Of a stretch of DNA of 64,000 bases, positions 1 through 11,545 are shown one piece after another. Below the pieces are notes generated by a model that worked only from the letters and a program-made list of their open reading frames with translations, searched no databases and was not told where the DNA came from. Numbering within the stretch: position 1 is the first letter of the stretch; every line of letters starts with the position of its first letter. The DNA comes from Verrucomicrobiota bacterium. Lineage in GTDB: Bacteria; Verrucomicrobiota; Verrucomicrobiia; Limisphaerales; AAA164-E04. The stretch is from contig CP170459.1 in the NCBI GenBank assembly GCA_047947115.1, positions 3,584,001 through 3,648,000 on the forward strand, written 5' to 3'. The translations under genes and the position numbers were made by a program.

Positions 1-880
1 GATAAGTGGGAAAATTCTTTTGCCCCAGATGTTTGGAAACAGCTCTTCCAGTGCCGAAAGGAACTCGGTCCGATGGTCGCGGTGAGGGGAATACAGTTGT
101 GTCCGTTAATTCCGTGAAATGTCCCAATGGGATGATTTTGTGCAGAAAGTAAAAATCTTCTCCGGCTTTGCGTCGGTTCATACCGCCCTGAGCCATATAG
201 ACCGGGGCTCTCACTCCCATCGATGATCCAATGGTATGGAAGGCATGAGGGAAACCTGCATGCCGCAGTGCCTGCACATAATACCTTAGATGCAATTCGT
301 AGAGTCCGGCCGTTTCATAAATGTCCGGTGCAAGGTTGCCGGAGAGGGGATGTTCAAAGTGAAGGCTGCATCCTGGCGTTTTGGGATGTGTTTGAAAATG
401 AGATTCGAGCGCGGTCAGATAGTTGCTTTCGCAGATGCTGTCTGCATCCAGACCGACGATAAACCCGTCGTTCAGAAAACCTGATTGATCCAATCGGTGC
501 AGCGCCTCATCCATTCCGATCTTTCGAGCCAAACCCACACCGGCGTTTTTTGGGGGGAGATTCATGGCATCGATGACATGCATGTTCAGTTTGGATGTGC
601 TGTGCTGTTTCGTGAATGCAGTGATTTCCTCATATGCATGCGTTTGTTCCGTGCGTATGTTTTCGGCAGCCGAAGCACTGGCATTCACCACCACAAGCAC
701 TTCAAACGAACCATTTGGGGGATCGCATTGCATGAGGGAAATCAGCGTGTCCTTCCAATCCGGTTCCAGGTAGCAGGGTATGACGATGACACCCACCAAC
801 GCTTCGGCTGGCGGAGTGACGATGACGGGTGCATTACCCTGAAAGCGGGTGATGTATCGGTCCAACCTTTTCTCAGTCAT
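1..880 (-). CDS. Glycosyltransferase family 2 protein (runs off the left edge)
   Basis: Not in ORF track; hand-translated from ATG at 880: MTEKRLDRY...VIVIPCYLE...AGVGLARKIGMDEA...VGLDADS...KAGEDFYFL. GT-A fold motifs IPxY, DxD and ED; open frame to the edge. Confidence 0.85.
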   Translation of the reverse strand, partial: MTEKRLDRYITRFQGNAPVIVTPPAEALVGVIVIPCYLEPDWKDTLISLMQCDPPNGSFEVLVVVNASASAAENIRTEQTHAYEEITAFTKQHSTSKLNMHVIDAMNLPPKNAGVGLARKIGMDEALHRLDQSGFLNDGFIVGLDADSICESNYLTALESHFQTHPKTPGCSLHFEHPLSGNLAPDIYETAGLYELHLRYYVQALRHAGFPHAFHTIGSSMGVRAPVYMAQGGMNRRKAGEDFYFLHKIIPLGHFTELTDTTVFPSPRPSDRVPFGTGRAVSKHLGQKNFPTY

Positions 881-1022
881 GGATCTTTTGATGGATAACC
901 ATCGGTTTTTGAATGTCGAATCTCAGATGGGTTCATGCTATCCAGATACCATCTACCTTCAAAATGATAATCCTTTATTTTTTCCAATTGTTGTTTGGTG
1001 TGTCCTGTGGATAATGCCCCTC

Positions 1023-1721
1023 ATGAAACCACGTTTGTTTGCATGGCTTGCTCATTGGGGAAATGGTTGGAGTTTTGCCGCTCTCTTGTTGTTTTTGTTT
1101 GGATTGAATGCCGGAATGGCGGCAAACGGACAGGATTTTTCAAAATGGGAAGAAGCTATTTCAAAATTTGAAGCGGCCGATAAGGAGCAGGAACCTGCCA
1201 GTAAAGGAGTACTTTTTCTGGGCAGCTCGAGTATCCGGATGTGGAAGAAGGTGGCGGAGGATTTTCCAAAGCACCAGGTGATCAACCGGGGTTTCGGAGG
1301 GTCGACCTTGCCGGATTGTATTCATTTCTTTGATCGACTCGTGTTGCCTTACAAGCCTTCGACCATTGTCTTTTACGAAGGAGACAACGACATTGGCCGC
1401 GGAGATACAGCTCGGACGGTCTATGAACATTTCAAAACCTTTGCCGCGATGGTGAAGGAGCAGTTGCCGGGGACCAGGTTGATCTTCATTGCCATCAAAC
1501 CGAGCATCAAGCGCTGGGATCAGGCTCCGGAAATGAAAAAGGCCAACCGCATGATTCAACATTACGTTTGGTTGAACAATGATCTCGGTTTTGCCGATAT
1601 CTGGGATCCCATGCTGGGTGAAGATGGCAAGCCGCGCCCGGAATTGTTTCTGAAAGACGGACTGCACATGACCCCGAAAGGGTATGAAATCTGGACCCGG
1701 ATTGTTGCGGCGGAACTTTGA
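1023..1721 (+). CDS. SGNH/GDSL hydrolase, secreted
   Basis: FLGSSSIRMW, INRGFGGS, YEGDND and DGLH blocks; hydrophobic signal peptide. Start at 1014 or 1023 rather than 849. Confidence 0.9.
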   Translation: MKPRLFAWLAHWGNGWSFAALLLFLFGLNAGMAANGQDFSKWEEAISKFEAADKEQEPASKGVLFLGSSSIRMWKKVAEDFPKHQVINRGFGGSTLPDCIHFFDRLVLPYKPSTIVFYEGDNDIGRGDTARTVYEHFKTFAAMVKEQLPGTRLIFIAIKPSIKRWDQAPEMKKANRMIQHYVWLNNDLGFADIWDPMLGEDGKPRPELFLKDGLHMTPKGYEIWTRIVAAEL

Positions 1722-1770
1722 GGTTCTACCGTGGTTCCGATGCATGAGGAGGCTCTGCCTGAAATTTGGT

Positions 1771-4314
1771 TCAGGGGCCGACGGTGGCCACCGTCATCCG
1801 ATCGCTGACAAAGTAAGTCTGTGCCGCTCGCTGGATGTCCTCCAGCGTGACCGCTTGGATGGCCTTGTCTTCGCTCAGGTGGTTTTCGTAGCCCAGACCA
1901 TATAGCTCATCCAAAGCCGTGTTCATGGCGAGGTTCCCCAGATCTTGCCGGGCGATTTGTTTCTGACCAAGCAGCTTGGCCTTGGATCGGTCGAGTTCTT
2001 TGCGAGTGATGCCTTCAATTTTGATCTTGTCAAATTGTGCCAGGAACTCTGCTTTGACCTGTTCTACATGTTCGGGGGAGGTGCCTGCATAAAAACCGAA
2101 ATATCCGGGCACCAATCCGGGCATGTGCTGCGCTCCAACGTAATAGGCCAGCCCCAGTTCATCCCTGATGCGCATGAACAGTCTGGACCCCAGGTCACTG
2201 CATGTTTCTTGAATCAAATCCAGAGCGTAGCGATCTTTGTCAAAGAAGGTGGTTCCTTTGAAGCCAAACACCACCACGGCTTGCTTCTTGTCGCACTTTT
2301 CAGAGACCTCCTGTTGCTGGATGGCGGCTTCGGGTGTTTCGGACGGCAAACGTACCGGCTCGGACTTGGGGGCGTTCTCCCACCATTTCATGAGAGAATC
2401 CTTCATTTGATTCACATCAATGTCTCCGAAAACGGCGGTCACCTGATTGCCGGGAACGACCAGTTTGCTGAAATGGGCCTGGACTTTGTCGAGTTGCAGT
2501 GATTGGACCGACCCTTCCTCTCCGGATGTGCTCAGGCCGTACTGAGCTTCTCCGAACAATCCACGACGCATGATTCGAAAACACCGACTAAGGAGGTGAT
2601 CTTTTTGAGATCGGATCCCGGCCAGTTGAACCTGTCGTTCACGTTCCATTTCCTGCTCGGGAAAGGTACTGTGTCGTAGGATGTCCTGAAGCGTTTCCAT
2701 TCCAAAAACGGCATCCTGGTTCAATACTTCAATATTCAACCCGAAACTGTTATTTCCTGCGTAAGATTCGATGCTGCCACCGACGGATTCGACGGACTCC
2801 ATGAGCTGGACCGCCGTGTGGTGGGCGGTGCCTTTAAGAAGACCTTGTCCCATCCATTGGGTGATGCCACTGTTTTGTGGGGTTTCCTCCAGCACTCCGC
2901 CATAGAAAACCGATCGAACCTCCACAAAAGGCAGGCGTTTGTCGTCCATGAAAAGGACGCGCATGCCGTTACCGGGTTCCCATTTTTCAATCTCAGATTT
3001 TCGGGCGGTTGTGGTGCGAGCTGATTTCCTGGGAGTGCATCCTTCGGGAAGCAGAGCAAATAGAGAGCGGTTATCCGAAACCAGATATCGTTTGGCCGCA
3101 TCAATGACCTGGGCGGGTGTCAGGGATTGGACTTCCTTCAGGTATCGGTCTGAAAAATTCAAATCACGGGCCGCCATCCAGGCGCTTCCGAGGTCCTGTG
3201 CCTGGCCCTGCATCGTTTTGCGAGAGGACAAGGTGGCGGAGGTGAATTGCTTGATGGTTTTGGAGAGTTCCGATTCTGAAATGCCTTTTTCAAGCGTGCG
3301 GTCGATTTCCGCCTGCAACGCCTCCATGACCGGGGTGAACTGATCTCCATCAAAAACGGCGCTGGCGCCAAATAACCCCGGCTTTCCCGGATTATAGGTC
3401 CAGGCATCGATGGCGTGCACGATGCCGAGTTCTTCGCGCAAACGTCGGTAAAGACGGGAACTTCGTCCTCCACCCATCAGAATGGAAAAGGCTTCCAGGG
3501 CGGGGAGATCCTGATGACGCACGTCCGGTATGTGCCAGGACACATGGGCGTGTCCCAGTTCAATGGGGGACTCTTCGATGCGTTGTCTGGGGGAAAGCTG
3601 ACGTGGTTCCGGAAGGATATAGGGAGGTTCCAGCGGACGAAAGCGAGCGTCCTGATACGCTTCACACATTTGCGCCATGATCTCTTCGGTGTTCATGTCG
3701 CCCACCACCACGAAAAACTGGTTCGAAGGGGTGTACATGGTCTGATAGTATTCAAACACGTCCTCCCTTCGAATACGATCAAAGACATCCGGATACCCGA
3801 TGACCGTGTAACGATAGGGAGAATGGAGGTAGGCCGTTTCGAACAAACCGCGTCCGGAGCGTCTTGATGGATCGTCGTGGTTCATGTCCATCTCTCTGCG
3901 GATGACATCCAGTTCACTGACCAATTCATCCTCCGGCAGGGTGGCGTTTTGCATGATGTCCGTGAGGATGTCCACAGCCACTCCGGCACCGGAGGACGGG
4001 GCATTGATGTAATAAACGGTTCGGTCGAACGAGGTGTAGGCGTTCATGTAACCGCCTGCTTCCTGCACTTCCTGGTCGATGCGGCCTTTGCCTCTTGTCT
4101 TGGTGCCCTTGAAAAGCATGTGTTCCAGCACATGCGACAAACCAGCCCCCAACCATTTTCCCTCGTGAATGCTTCCTGCTTCGCACCAGGCCTGGACGGA
4201 AACGACGGAACTACTCCTGTCTTCGAGCAGGATGACGGTCAGTCCGTTGGGGAGTGTGCAGAGTTGGGCGCCGGATGGCTGGATGGAGCGTGAGTAGGCT
4301 GCTGAGCTGGACAT
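1771..4314 (-). CDS. M16 (pitrilysin/insulinase) zinc peptidase, two-module
   Basis: HVLEH (inverted HxxEH), NAYTSFDRT, RLYRRLREELG; second module lacks the zinc motif. Confidence 0.93.
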   Translation of the reverse strand: MSSSAAYSRSIQPSGAQLCTLPNGLTVILLEDRSSSVVSVQAWCEAGSIHEGKWLGAGLSHVLEHMLFKGTKTRGKGRIDQEVQEAGGYMNAYTSFDRTVYYINAPSSGAGVAVDILTDIMQNATLPEDELVSELDVIRREMDMNHDDPSRRSGRGLFETAYLHSPYRYTVIGYPDVFDRIRREDVFEYYQTMYTPSNQFFVVVGDMNTEEIMAQMCEAYQDARFRPLEPPYILPEPRQLSPRQRIEESPIELGHAHVSWHIPDVRHQDLPALEAFSILMGGGRSSRLYRRLREELGIVHAIDAWTYNPGKPGLFGASAVFDGDQFTPVMEALQAEIDRTLEKGISESELSKTIKQFTSATLSSRKTMQGQAQDLGSAWMAARDLNFSDRYLKEVQSLTPAQVIDAAKRYLVSDNRSLFALLPEGCTPRKSARTTTARKSEIEKWEPGNGMRVLFMDDKRLPFVEVRSVFYGGVLEETPQNSGITQWMGQGLLKGTAHHTAVQLMESVESVGGSIESYAGNNSFGLNIEVLNQDAVFGMETLQDILRHSTFPEQEMERERQVQLAGIRSQKDHLLSRCFRIMRRGLFGEAQYGLSTSGEEGSVQSLQLDKVQAHFSKLVVPGNQVTAVFGDIDVNQMKDSLMKWWENAPKSEPVRLPSETPEAAIQQQEVSEKCDKKQAVVVFGFKGTTFFDKDRYALDLIQETCSDLGSRLFMRIRDELGLAYYVGAQHMPGLVPGYFGFYAGTSPEHVEQVKAEFLAQFDKIKIEGITRKELDRSKAKLLGQKQIARQDLGNLAMNTALDELYGLGYENHLSEDKAIQAVTLEDIQRAAQTYFVSDRMTVATVGP

Positions 4315-4394
4315 GTCAAGTGATTCATTGGATCATCCACTCTATCGGGACATGGGGGCATGTTCGGGCAGAGGCGGATGATTGTAAGCAGGGG

Positions 4395-4844
4395 TCAGGC
4401 CCTGTCCTTTTGTGTTTGGTTTGATCTTGGTTTTTCCGGGGAAAAGGGAAGCCGCATGCGGGGAAGGAAAGGTTTGCGAAAAGCTTCCTCAAAGTCATAA
4501 ATGGATTTGAAATCTTCGCGGGTATCGTCCGCAGTCTTTGAAAGCAGTTTGCTGTCAACCATGTTGAACACAATCTCCCCGAAATCTTCGCACCTGGTAA
4601 CGCCCCAATCGTTGAGGACGGTCAAGGCCATGGGGCCGAACTGTTCAATGGCGAGATCACGAATGCCCTCCAGCAATTCTTTGCCGCTGACGTGTTGGGG
4701 TTGCTTGCGCCCCGAGCTTGGTTTTCTGAGCTGGGCCTGGGTATGGTCCAGCGCGTCCCTGAGGAAATAATAGGCGTCTGCCGCAAACCGTGGATCGGTC
4801 TGCGAAATCTGCTCAATAGTCTGGTCAAAGTCTAGTGTCTGCAT
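4395..4844 (-). CDS. Minf_1886-family Verrucomicrobia/Planctomycetes-restricted protein
   Basis: DPRF..DAYYFLRDAL, HVSGKELLEGIRDLA, QFGPMA..VL..WGV..CEDFGEIVFNMV motifs. Confidence 0.88.
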   Translation of the reverse strand: MQTLDFDQTIEQISQTDPRFAADAYYFLRDALDHTQAQLRKPSSGRKQPQHVSGKELLEGIRDLAIEQFGPMALTVLNDWGVTRCEDFGEIVFNMVDSKLLSKTADDTREDFKSIYDFEEAFRKPFLPRMRLPFSPEKPRSNQTQKDRA

Positions 4845-4852
4845 CGTTCACC

Positions 4853-4984
4853 TCAAGGCGCCGACTGGATTTGCCCTGCCTGCTGGGGGCGGGAGGCACG
4901 ATGGTGTTTGACACCATACCCGACCATCAACAGAACCAGGATCCAAAATACCGCCCATTGTTCCTTCTGGGTAAGAAAAGGCAC
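4853..4984 (-). CDS. 43-aa single-pass membrane microprotein
   Basis: Hand translation from GTG at 4984: MPFLTQKEQWAVFWILVLLMVGYGVKHHRASRPQQAGQIQSAP. One TM helix followed by basic residues; AAGGAG just upstream; stop overlaps the GAGG RBS of the next gene. Confidence 0.7.
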   Translation of the reverse strand: MPFLTQKEQWAVFWILVLLMVGYGVKHHRASRPQQAGQIQSAP

Positions 4985-5128
4985 CTCCTTTCGTTACCCT
5001 TAAAACGGTGATCTGACAACAACTTCATGAAAGTTTTTCTGGTCTTGGCCGCCTCCTTGCGGTCTGGTGGGGGTAGGTCATGTTGTTTGAGTATGTTTGT
5101 TCAGTTTAATTGGAACAGTCAACGGAGG

Positions 5129-5581
5129 GTGAAACCTGGAGGACTGTGGAAGTGGTTGCTCTTGTTTGTGGGGTTCCCATTGCTTGAACTGTGGCTGATC
5201 TTGAAGCTAGGGGCGGTCATGGGATGGGGGGTGACCTTGTGGTTGATCCTGATGACGGGCGTGATTGGCGGCACCCTGGCGCATCGGCAGGGATTTGCCA
5301 CCATTCAGAAAATCCAAATCGAGTTAAGCCAGGGAAGGATGCCTGCCGGGGCTCTTTTCGAGGGTTTGTTGATTTTGGTTGCGGGGCTGGTCTTGATCAC
5401 ACCCGGTATCCTGACCGATTCGATCGGCTTCTGTCTGCTCATTCCCCCCGTACGCGCGCTGATTTGCCGTCGATTGATCAAATCGGTAGGAAGCAAATTT
5501 CAAGGTGCTCCCGGATCCGCGCCCTCCACTGGCGCGCGTCCGGCACAAAACCTTGATGGGGATGATGTGATCGATGTTTGA
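5129..5581 (+). CDS. fxsA: FxsA family membrane protein
   Basis: PLLELWLI, GLVLITPGILTDSIGFCLLIPP and C-terminal DVIDV; GTG start after GGAGG. Confidence 0.88.
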   Translation: MKPGGLWKWLLLFVGFPLLELWLILKLGAVMGWGVTLWLILMTGVIGGTLAHRQGFATIQKIQIELSQGRMPAGALFEGLLILVAGLVLITPGILTDSIGFCLLIPPVRALICRRLIKSVGSKFQGAPGSAPSTGARPAQNLDGDDVIDV

Positions 5582-5652
5582 GAGGTGATGGAACACCATT
5601 GCCAGCTTGGTCCTGCCTTGTTAAGGTGTTCGGCATGTTCAAAACCGAATAT

Positions 5653-5838
5653 ATGAATTTGCAGCCCACCGAAATCGCCATCCTGACCAGTGCGTCCGCG
5701 ATTTTTGCCGCCAAGGTTTCGTCCGGGCGCGTGGATGCCGATAATGAGGATCAGGCCGTGGAGGAATGCGTCGACCAAGCCATCAAGTTGGCCAAACGCG
5801 TTGAAAGCCTTGTGAAGACTCAAGGTGAAATGGGGTGA
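5653..5838 (+). CDS. Small hypothetical protein
   Basis: MNLQPTEIAILTSASAIFAAKVSSG...AIKLAKRVESLVKTQGEMG; helical, fills the gap between fxsA and a convergent gene. Confidence 0.7.
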   Translation: MNLQPTEIAILTSASAIFAAKVSSGRVDADNEDQAVEECVDQAIKLAKRVESLVKTQGEMG

Positions 5839-5866
5839 TTTCAAATTCGAAGGGAACCACCCGGTT

Positions 5867-7483
<1,617 letters not shown>

Positions 7484-7796
7484 AAGCGGTTTTGACCCGA
7501 TTGCAGTCTGCGGATGTTCAAGTTGAGAAGGTCATCCAAACTTTCCCTCCCTCGAAGATATTCTTGAGCAAAAGAATGGGAACGTGGGTAGACAGAGCTT
7601 TGTCGAGTAACTGTGTTGTTTCCATTGCAGCGTGAAAAGGGATCCAAAGCTCTGAGGTTTGAAATGGCTGCAAGACGGCGCTTTCCCCTCCGAAAATGGA
7701 TTTATATTTATTGATCTCCGTCCAGAGGTGGGCAGAGAAATGCTTGCCGATTCGTATAAATCCGCGATGATGTCGCGAGTTCATGGATTTTCAAAC

Positions 7797-10466
7797 ATGT
7801 TGCCAGTTATGAATACCATCAGGAATCAATTCTGCCCTTTCGTCTTCAGAATCACCCTTTGTTTTTTCTTTACCTGCTTTGCGGGTTTTTCTGCCGAAAT
7901 CCCAGCGGGGCCAAATCCCCAAATTCCGGATGATCCCGAAGCCATTGCTCCGGGGCCGTATCCTAATGACAGCGTGACAGCGGTTAGTTACATCATTGAC
8001 GCCTCACAGGTAACTCAACACAACAGCGCCGAGAGAGATGATATCATCTTTTCCATGGAAGGGCAGGGGCCCATCCCTTGGACATTGACCAGCTATGGCC
8101 GCGCCCAGGTGGCTCCCCGTATTGGAGCCCCAAGTGAGGAAGCCAGTAACAGTAATCTCGGTGTGATTCCCTTCGATATCATTGTGCAAGGGAGGCGATA
8201 TGAGTGGAATAATGATCTTTCTTTCTGGGCCCCGTCGGGAGCAGCTTGGAGACCGCATCCTTCCAAAGGGGTCATGTTGGGAACGATTCGTAAGAATGGC
8301 GAGGAATGGGATGATCAGGCATCTCATTTTTACGGAGTTTTGAGTGTGCCTGCAAGTGGTTCGGATGGAGAGGGCTACAGTATGGTGGACGGGGCTTTCG
8401 GGCCCGGGGATATGGATGTTGTCACGGACAAGGTTGGGATAGAATCCTTTGCGGCCATTGATTTCAGTCTGGCATGGTTCCCGTTTGATCAAGGGTGGAC
8501 AGGTGGTTTTATCTCCTCGCCCAGCCCCGATTTTCAGGAAGGAGAATGGCTGGCTCCGGGATATCATAGCAGTGATTTGCCGGATGACGCCGCAAGCTTG
8601 ATTCAGTGGACTCGTGCCTTTGCCACGTGGGCGGTCCCCGGAGCCCTCAAGTTGCCTGGAGTGAACTCCAAAACCGATGGCATGCTTTTCATGACCTCGG
8701 TCGCTCCTTCATCTGCCAGTGGAATGATCCTTTCGCCAGCCGCAAAGGACGATGGCTCTGGCTGGGATGTCTGGGGGCGATTCAACACCGAATCCGATCC
8801 TCTTTTCCAAGAGGAATCCAATCTTGATTTTTCCTTCCTCTTCGTGCCCTACAATACTGATCGATTGATCGGTGCCCATATACGTGGTACGGACGGCGCT
8901 GTCATCAACGGACGAGGCAACTTCATCATGAAACGTTTAGGGACCGGTCAATATGAACTGTCCATTCCAAACAAAACGGGCAAAAACGGTATGGTGATTC
9001 TTCAAGCCACCGGAAGGCATCGACAGAATGGTCGTGATACAGAGGCTGCGTCACGTGATTTTCTGTCCTATGAAGAGACCGAACCAGGCAAATTTGTCAT
9101 CGAATCGCGTTATTATCAGAACGACTCGAGTTTTCCTCTGGAAGACACTGAATTCTATTTTGCCTGGGTAGATTTTATCGCACCTTTGGCTCCTGCCGGC
9201 TCGACTCCATTACCCGATCCGCCAGTGATCAGTCAGCAGCCTGCCAATGTGGAAGCACAGCAGGGGGAATCCGCCACGTTCACAGTGAAGGCATCCGGAG
9301 AGGGGCCTTTCGAATACCAATGGCAATTGAATGAAACGGACATTCCCGATGCCAATACCGACACTTTCACCATCGCATCTGCTTCTACAACCGATAGCGG
9401 TACCTATCGAGTTTTGGTGAGCAATTTGGGTGGATTGACTACCAGCTCGACAGCTACCCTGACGGTGCACACGCCGCCCGTCATTACCCAGCAACCTTCC
9501 AACCGTTCCATCAAGGCGGGAGAGACCTTTTCCCTGAGCGTAGGAGTGCAGGGGACCGGCAATCTTCAATATCAATGGCAATTCAATCAGCAGAACCTTT
9601 CGGATCAGACGCGGCAAACGTTGACGATTTCTTCCGTTCAACTTTCCCATGCAGGGCAATACCGGGTGATTGTCACCTCTCCGGGAGGGCAGGTTTTCAG
9701 TGAGTCGGCAGTGGTGACAGTGGATGCCTCTGTCGCGGCTCAAGCCCCTCAGATCACCCGGCAACCACAAAGCCAGACCGTTGCGGTTGGCGCTGAAGTG
9801 CGCTTGTCGGTTCAGGCAACCGGGAGTGACCCTCTGAGTTACCGATGGCAGATCAGTAACTTCAACATACCTGGTGCATCCGGACCGGAGTTTGTCATTT
9901 CAGACGCTCAACCGGGTGATTCCGGTGAGTATAAAGTGGTGGTATCCAATGAAGCCGGTAGCGTGATCAGTCAGATTGCATTGGTGACTGTCACCCAGGC
10001 TCCAGTGATTACCCGCCAGCCTCAATCCGTGATCGCGCAGTCCGGTCAGGACATTGCTTTCACAGTGGAAGCCACTGGATTGGCTCCGTTGACATTTCAG
10101 TGGCGTTTCAGCGGGTTCAATATACCTGGAGCGCGAAGCGCACAATTTGCAATCAGCAATATACAACCTGCCGATTCAGGCAGTTACAGTGTGATCGTTT
10201 CCGATGCAAGCGGAGCTCAAACGATCAGTCAGGAAGCCATCCTGACAGTTTCTGAAGACCCGGTCGTGCAGCTTTCCATCGCATCTGCTTCACTTTCAGG
10301 CGGTGGTATCTTGATTGAGTGGGAAGGCGGAGAGGGTATCGTGCTTCAAGCAAAAGCAGCGTTGAGTGATAGTGTCTGGCGTGATGTCCCTGGTACCGAA
10401 GGGCAGAATCAGACCTTGCAGGCTTTGATTGGACAATCCGCTTTTTATCGTCTCATTCAACGGTGA
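7797..10466 (+). CDS. Secreted/surface protein with unknown N-terminal domain, four Ig-like repeats and a verrucomicrobial C-terminal FYRL domain
   Basis: Signal peptide; four P(V/Q)I(S/T)xQP...(Y/F)xW...G(x)YxV repeats; ends LQAKAAL...W...AFYRL. Confidence 0.88.
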   Translation: MLPVMNTIRNQFCPFVFRITLCFFFTCFAGFSAEIPAGPNPQIPDDPEAIAPGPYPNDSVTAVSYIIDASQVTQHNSAERDDIIFSMEGQGPIPWTLTSYGRAQVAPRIGAPSEEASNSNLGVIPFDIIVQGRRYEWNNDLSFWAPSGAAWRPHPSKGVMLGTIRKNGEEWDDQASHFYGVLSVPASGSDGEGYSMVDGAFGPGDMDVVTDKVGIESFAAIDFSLAWFPFDQGWTGGFISSPSPDFQEGEWLAPGYHSSDLPDDAASLIQWTRAFATWAVPGALKLPGVNSKTDGMLFMTSVAPSSASGMILSPAAKDDGSGWDVWGRFNTESDPLFQEESNLDFSFLFVPYNTDRLIGAHIRGTDGAVINGRGNFIMKRLGTGQYELSIPNKTGKNGMVILQATGRHRQNGRDTEAASRDFLSYEETEPGKFVIESRYYQNDSSFPLEDTEFYFAWVDFIAPLAPAGSTPLPDPPVISQQPANVEAQQGESATFTVKASGEGPFEYQWQLNETDIPDANTDTFTIASASTTDSGTYRVLVSNLGGLTTSSTATLTVHTPPVITQQPSNRSIKAGETFSLSVGVQGTGNLQYQWQFNQQNLSDQTRQTLTISSVQLSHAGQYRVIVTSPGGQVFSESAVVTVDASVAAQAPQITRQPQSQTVAVGAEVRLSVQATGSDPLSYRWQISNFNIPGASGPEFVISDAQPGDSGEYKVVVSNEAGSVISQIALVTVTQAPVITRQPQSVIAQSGQDIAFTVEATGLAPLTFQWRFSGFNIPGARSAQFAISNIQPADSGSYSVIVSDASGAQTISQEAILTVSEDPVVQLSIASASLSGGGILIEWEGGEGIVLQAKAALSDSVWRDVPGTEGQNQTLQALIGQSAFYRLIQR
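9215..10255 (+). repeat. Four tandem Ig-like (I-set-type) coding repeats
   Basis: Units begin PPVISQQP, PPVITQQP, APQITRQP, APVITRQP; about 85-92 aa each. Confidence 0.85.
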
Positions 10467-10652
10467 ATCATTCCAGAGTGATGAGTGATGAGGGTGCTTC
10501 GGGTAAGTCGGAACCTTCTGTATTAGGGAAATGTTTCTATTGTGATTTGAGTATAAGATATTCTAATAATTTGAAAAATCATTTATTACATATTTGACGA
10601 AATATTATCAATTTGCTGGACTCTCCCTGATACAACCTGAACAAAATCCATT

Positions 10653-11504
10653 ATGAATAACCGTTTCATTTCAAAGTTTAAATCAAGCAAGGGGTTTACC
10701 TTGATTGAGTTGTTGGTCGTGATTGCGATCATCGCGATTCTGGCTGGCATGTTGCTGCCAGCACTGAGCAAGGCTAAAGACAAAGCTCAGAACACGCTTG
10801 ATTTCAACAATGTCAAGCAGATCATGTTGGCAACCCAGATGTACACGGGTGACAACGAAGAGTATATGCCGCATCCAAGTTGGGGTGGTAACGGTGGTGG
10901 TCCTGACAACTGGGCTTACGACACATCCATCATGCCGACCTACGCCAGCACCGCAACTGCGGCCACGCTGGAAGCGCAACTGGTCGGGCAGCGTGAGGCT
11001 TTCCTGAACGGTCAATTGGCCGATTATCTTGGTGGTGCTGAAAAAATCATGATCTGCCCCAAGGATGCTGTTGAATCCCGTGGCTCCAAAAAGGCCAAAT
11101 ATCTGGCCCGCCCGATCAAAGTGACCAGTTACACATGGAACGGATCGATCAGCGGATTGACTGCTCAATTGCCAAATGGAAGAACTTACAAGGTTACCGA
11201 TTTCCGCCCCACAAACATTCTTCAATGGGAAACGGACGAAAATGATCCTTTCTACTTCAATGACGCAGGTAACCAGCCTCATGAAGGTATCTCCCAGCGT
11301 CACGCTGGTGGTCGTTCCGACGATACAACCACCAACGTTGGCGGACGTTCAGCAGTTGGTAACATCATGGGAGCTGCCGAGAACCTGACCTTCCTCAAGT
11401 TTTATCAAATGGTAGGCCCTCGCAGCGGATCAAACATCCCCTTGGCCATCGAACCTCCCAATGATCTCTACTGTGTTCCGGGCAAGCCACAAGGTGGATT
11501 TTAA
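10653..11504 (+). CDS. Prepilin-type N-terminal cleavage/methylation protein (DUF1559-like), variant C-terminal motif
   Basis: [47 protein letters not shown]. Confidence 0.92.
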   Translation: MNNRFISKFKSSKGFTLIELLVVIAIIAILAGMLLPALSKAKDKAQNTLDFNNVKQIMLATQMYTGDNEEYMPHPSWGGNGGGPDNWAYDTSIMPTYASTATAATLEAQLVGQREAFLNGQLADYLGGAEKIMICPKDAVESRGSKKAKYLARPIKVTSYTWNGSISGLTAQLPNGRTYKVTDFRPTNILQWETDENDPFYFNDAGNQPHEGISQRHAGGRSDDTTTNVGGRSAVGNIMGAAENLTFLKFYQMVGPRSGSNIPLAIEPPNDLYCVPGKPQGGF

Positions 11505-11545
11505 TCTTGGCATACACTCAAGGTTTTCAGTTTGATTCGAAGATA

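Noticed and set aside
223..898. Plus-strand ORFs at the left edge in the track
   Set aside because: The real gene is the minus-strand GT2 (880 to the edge).
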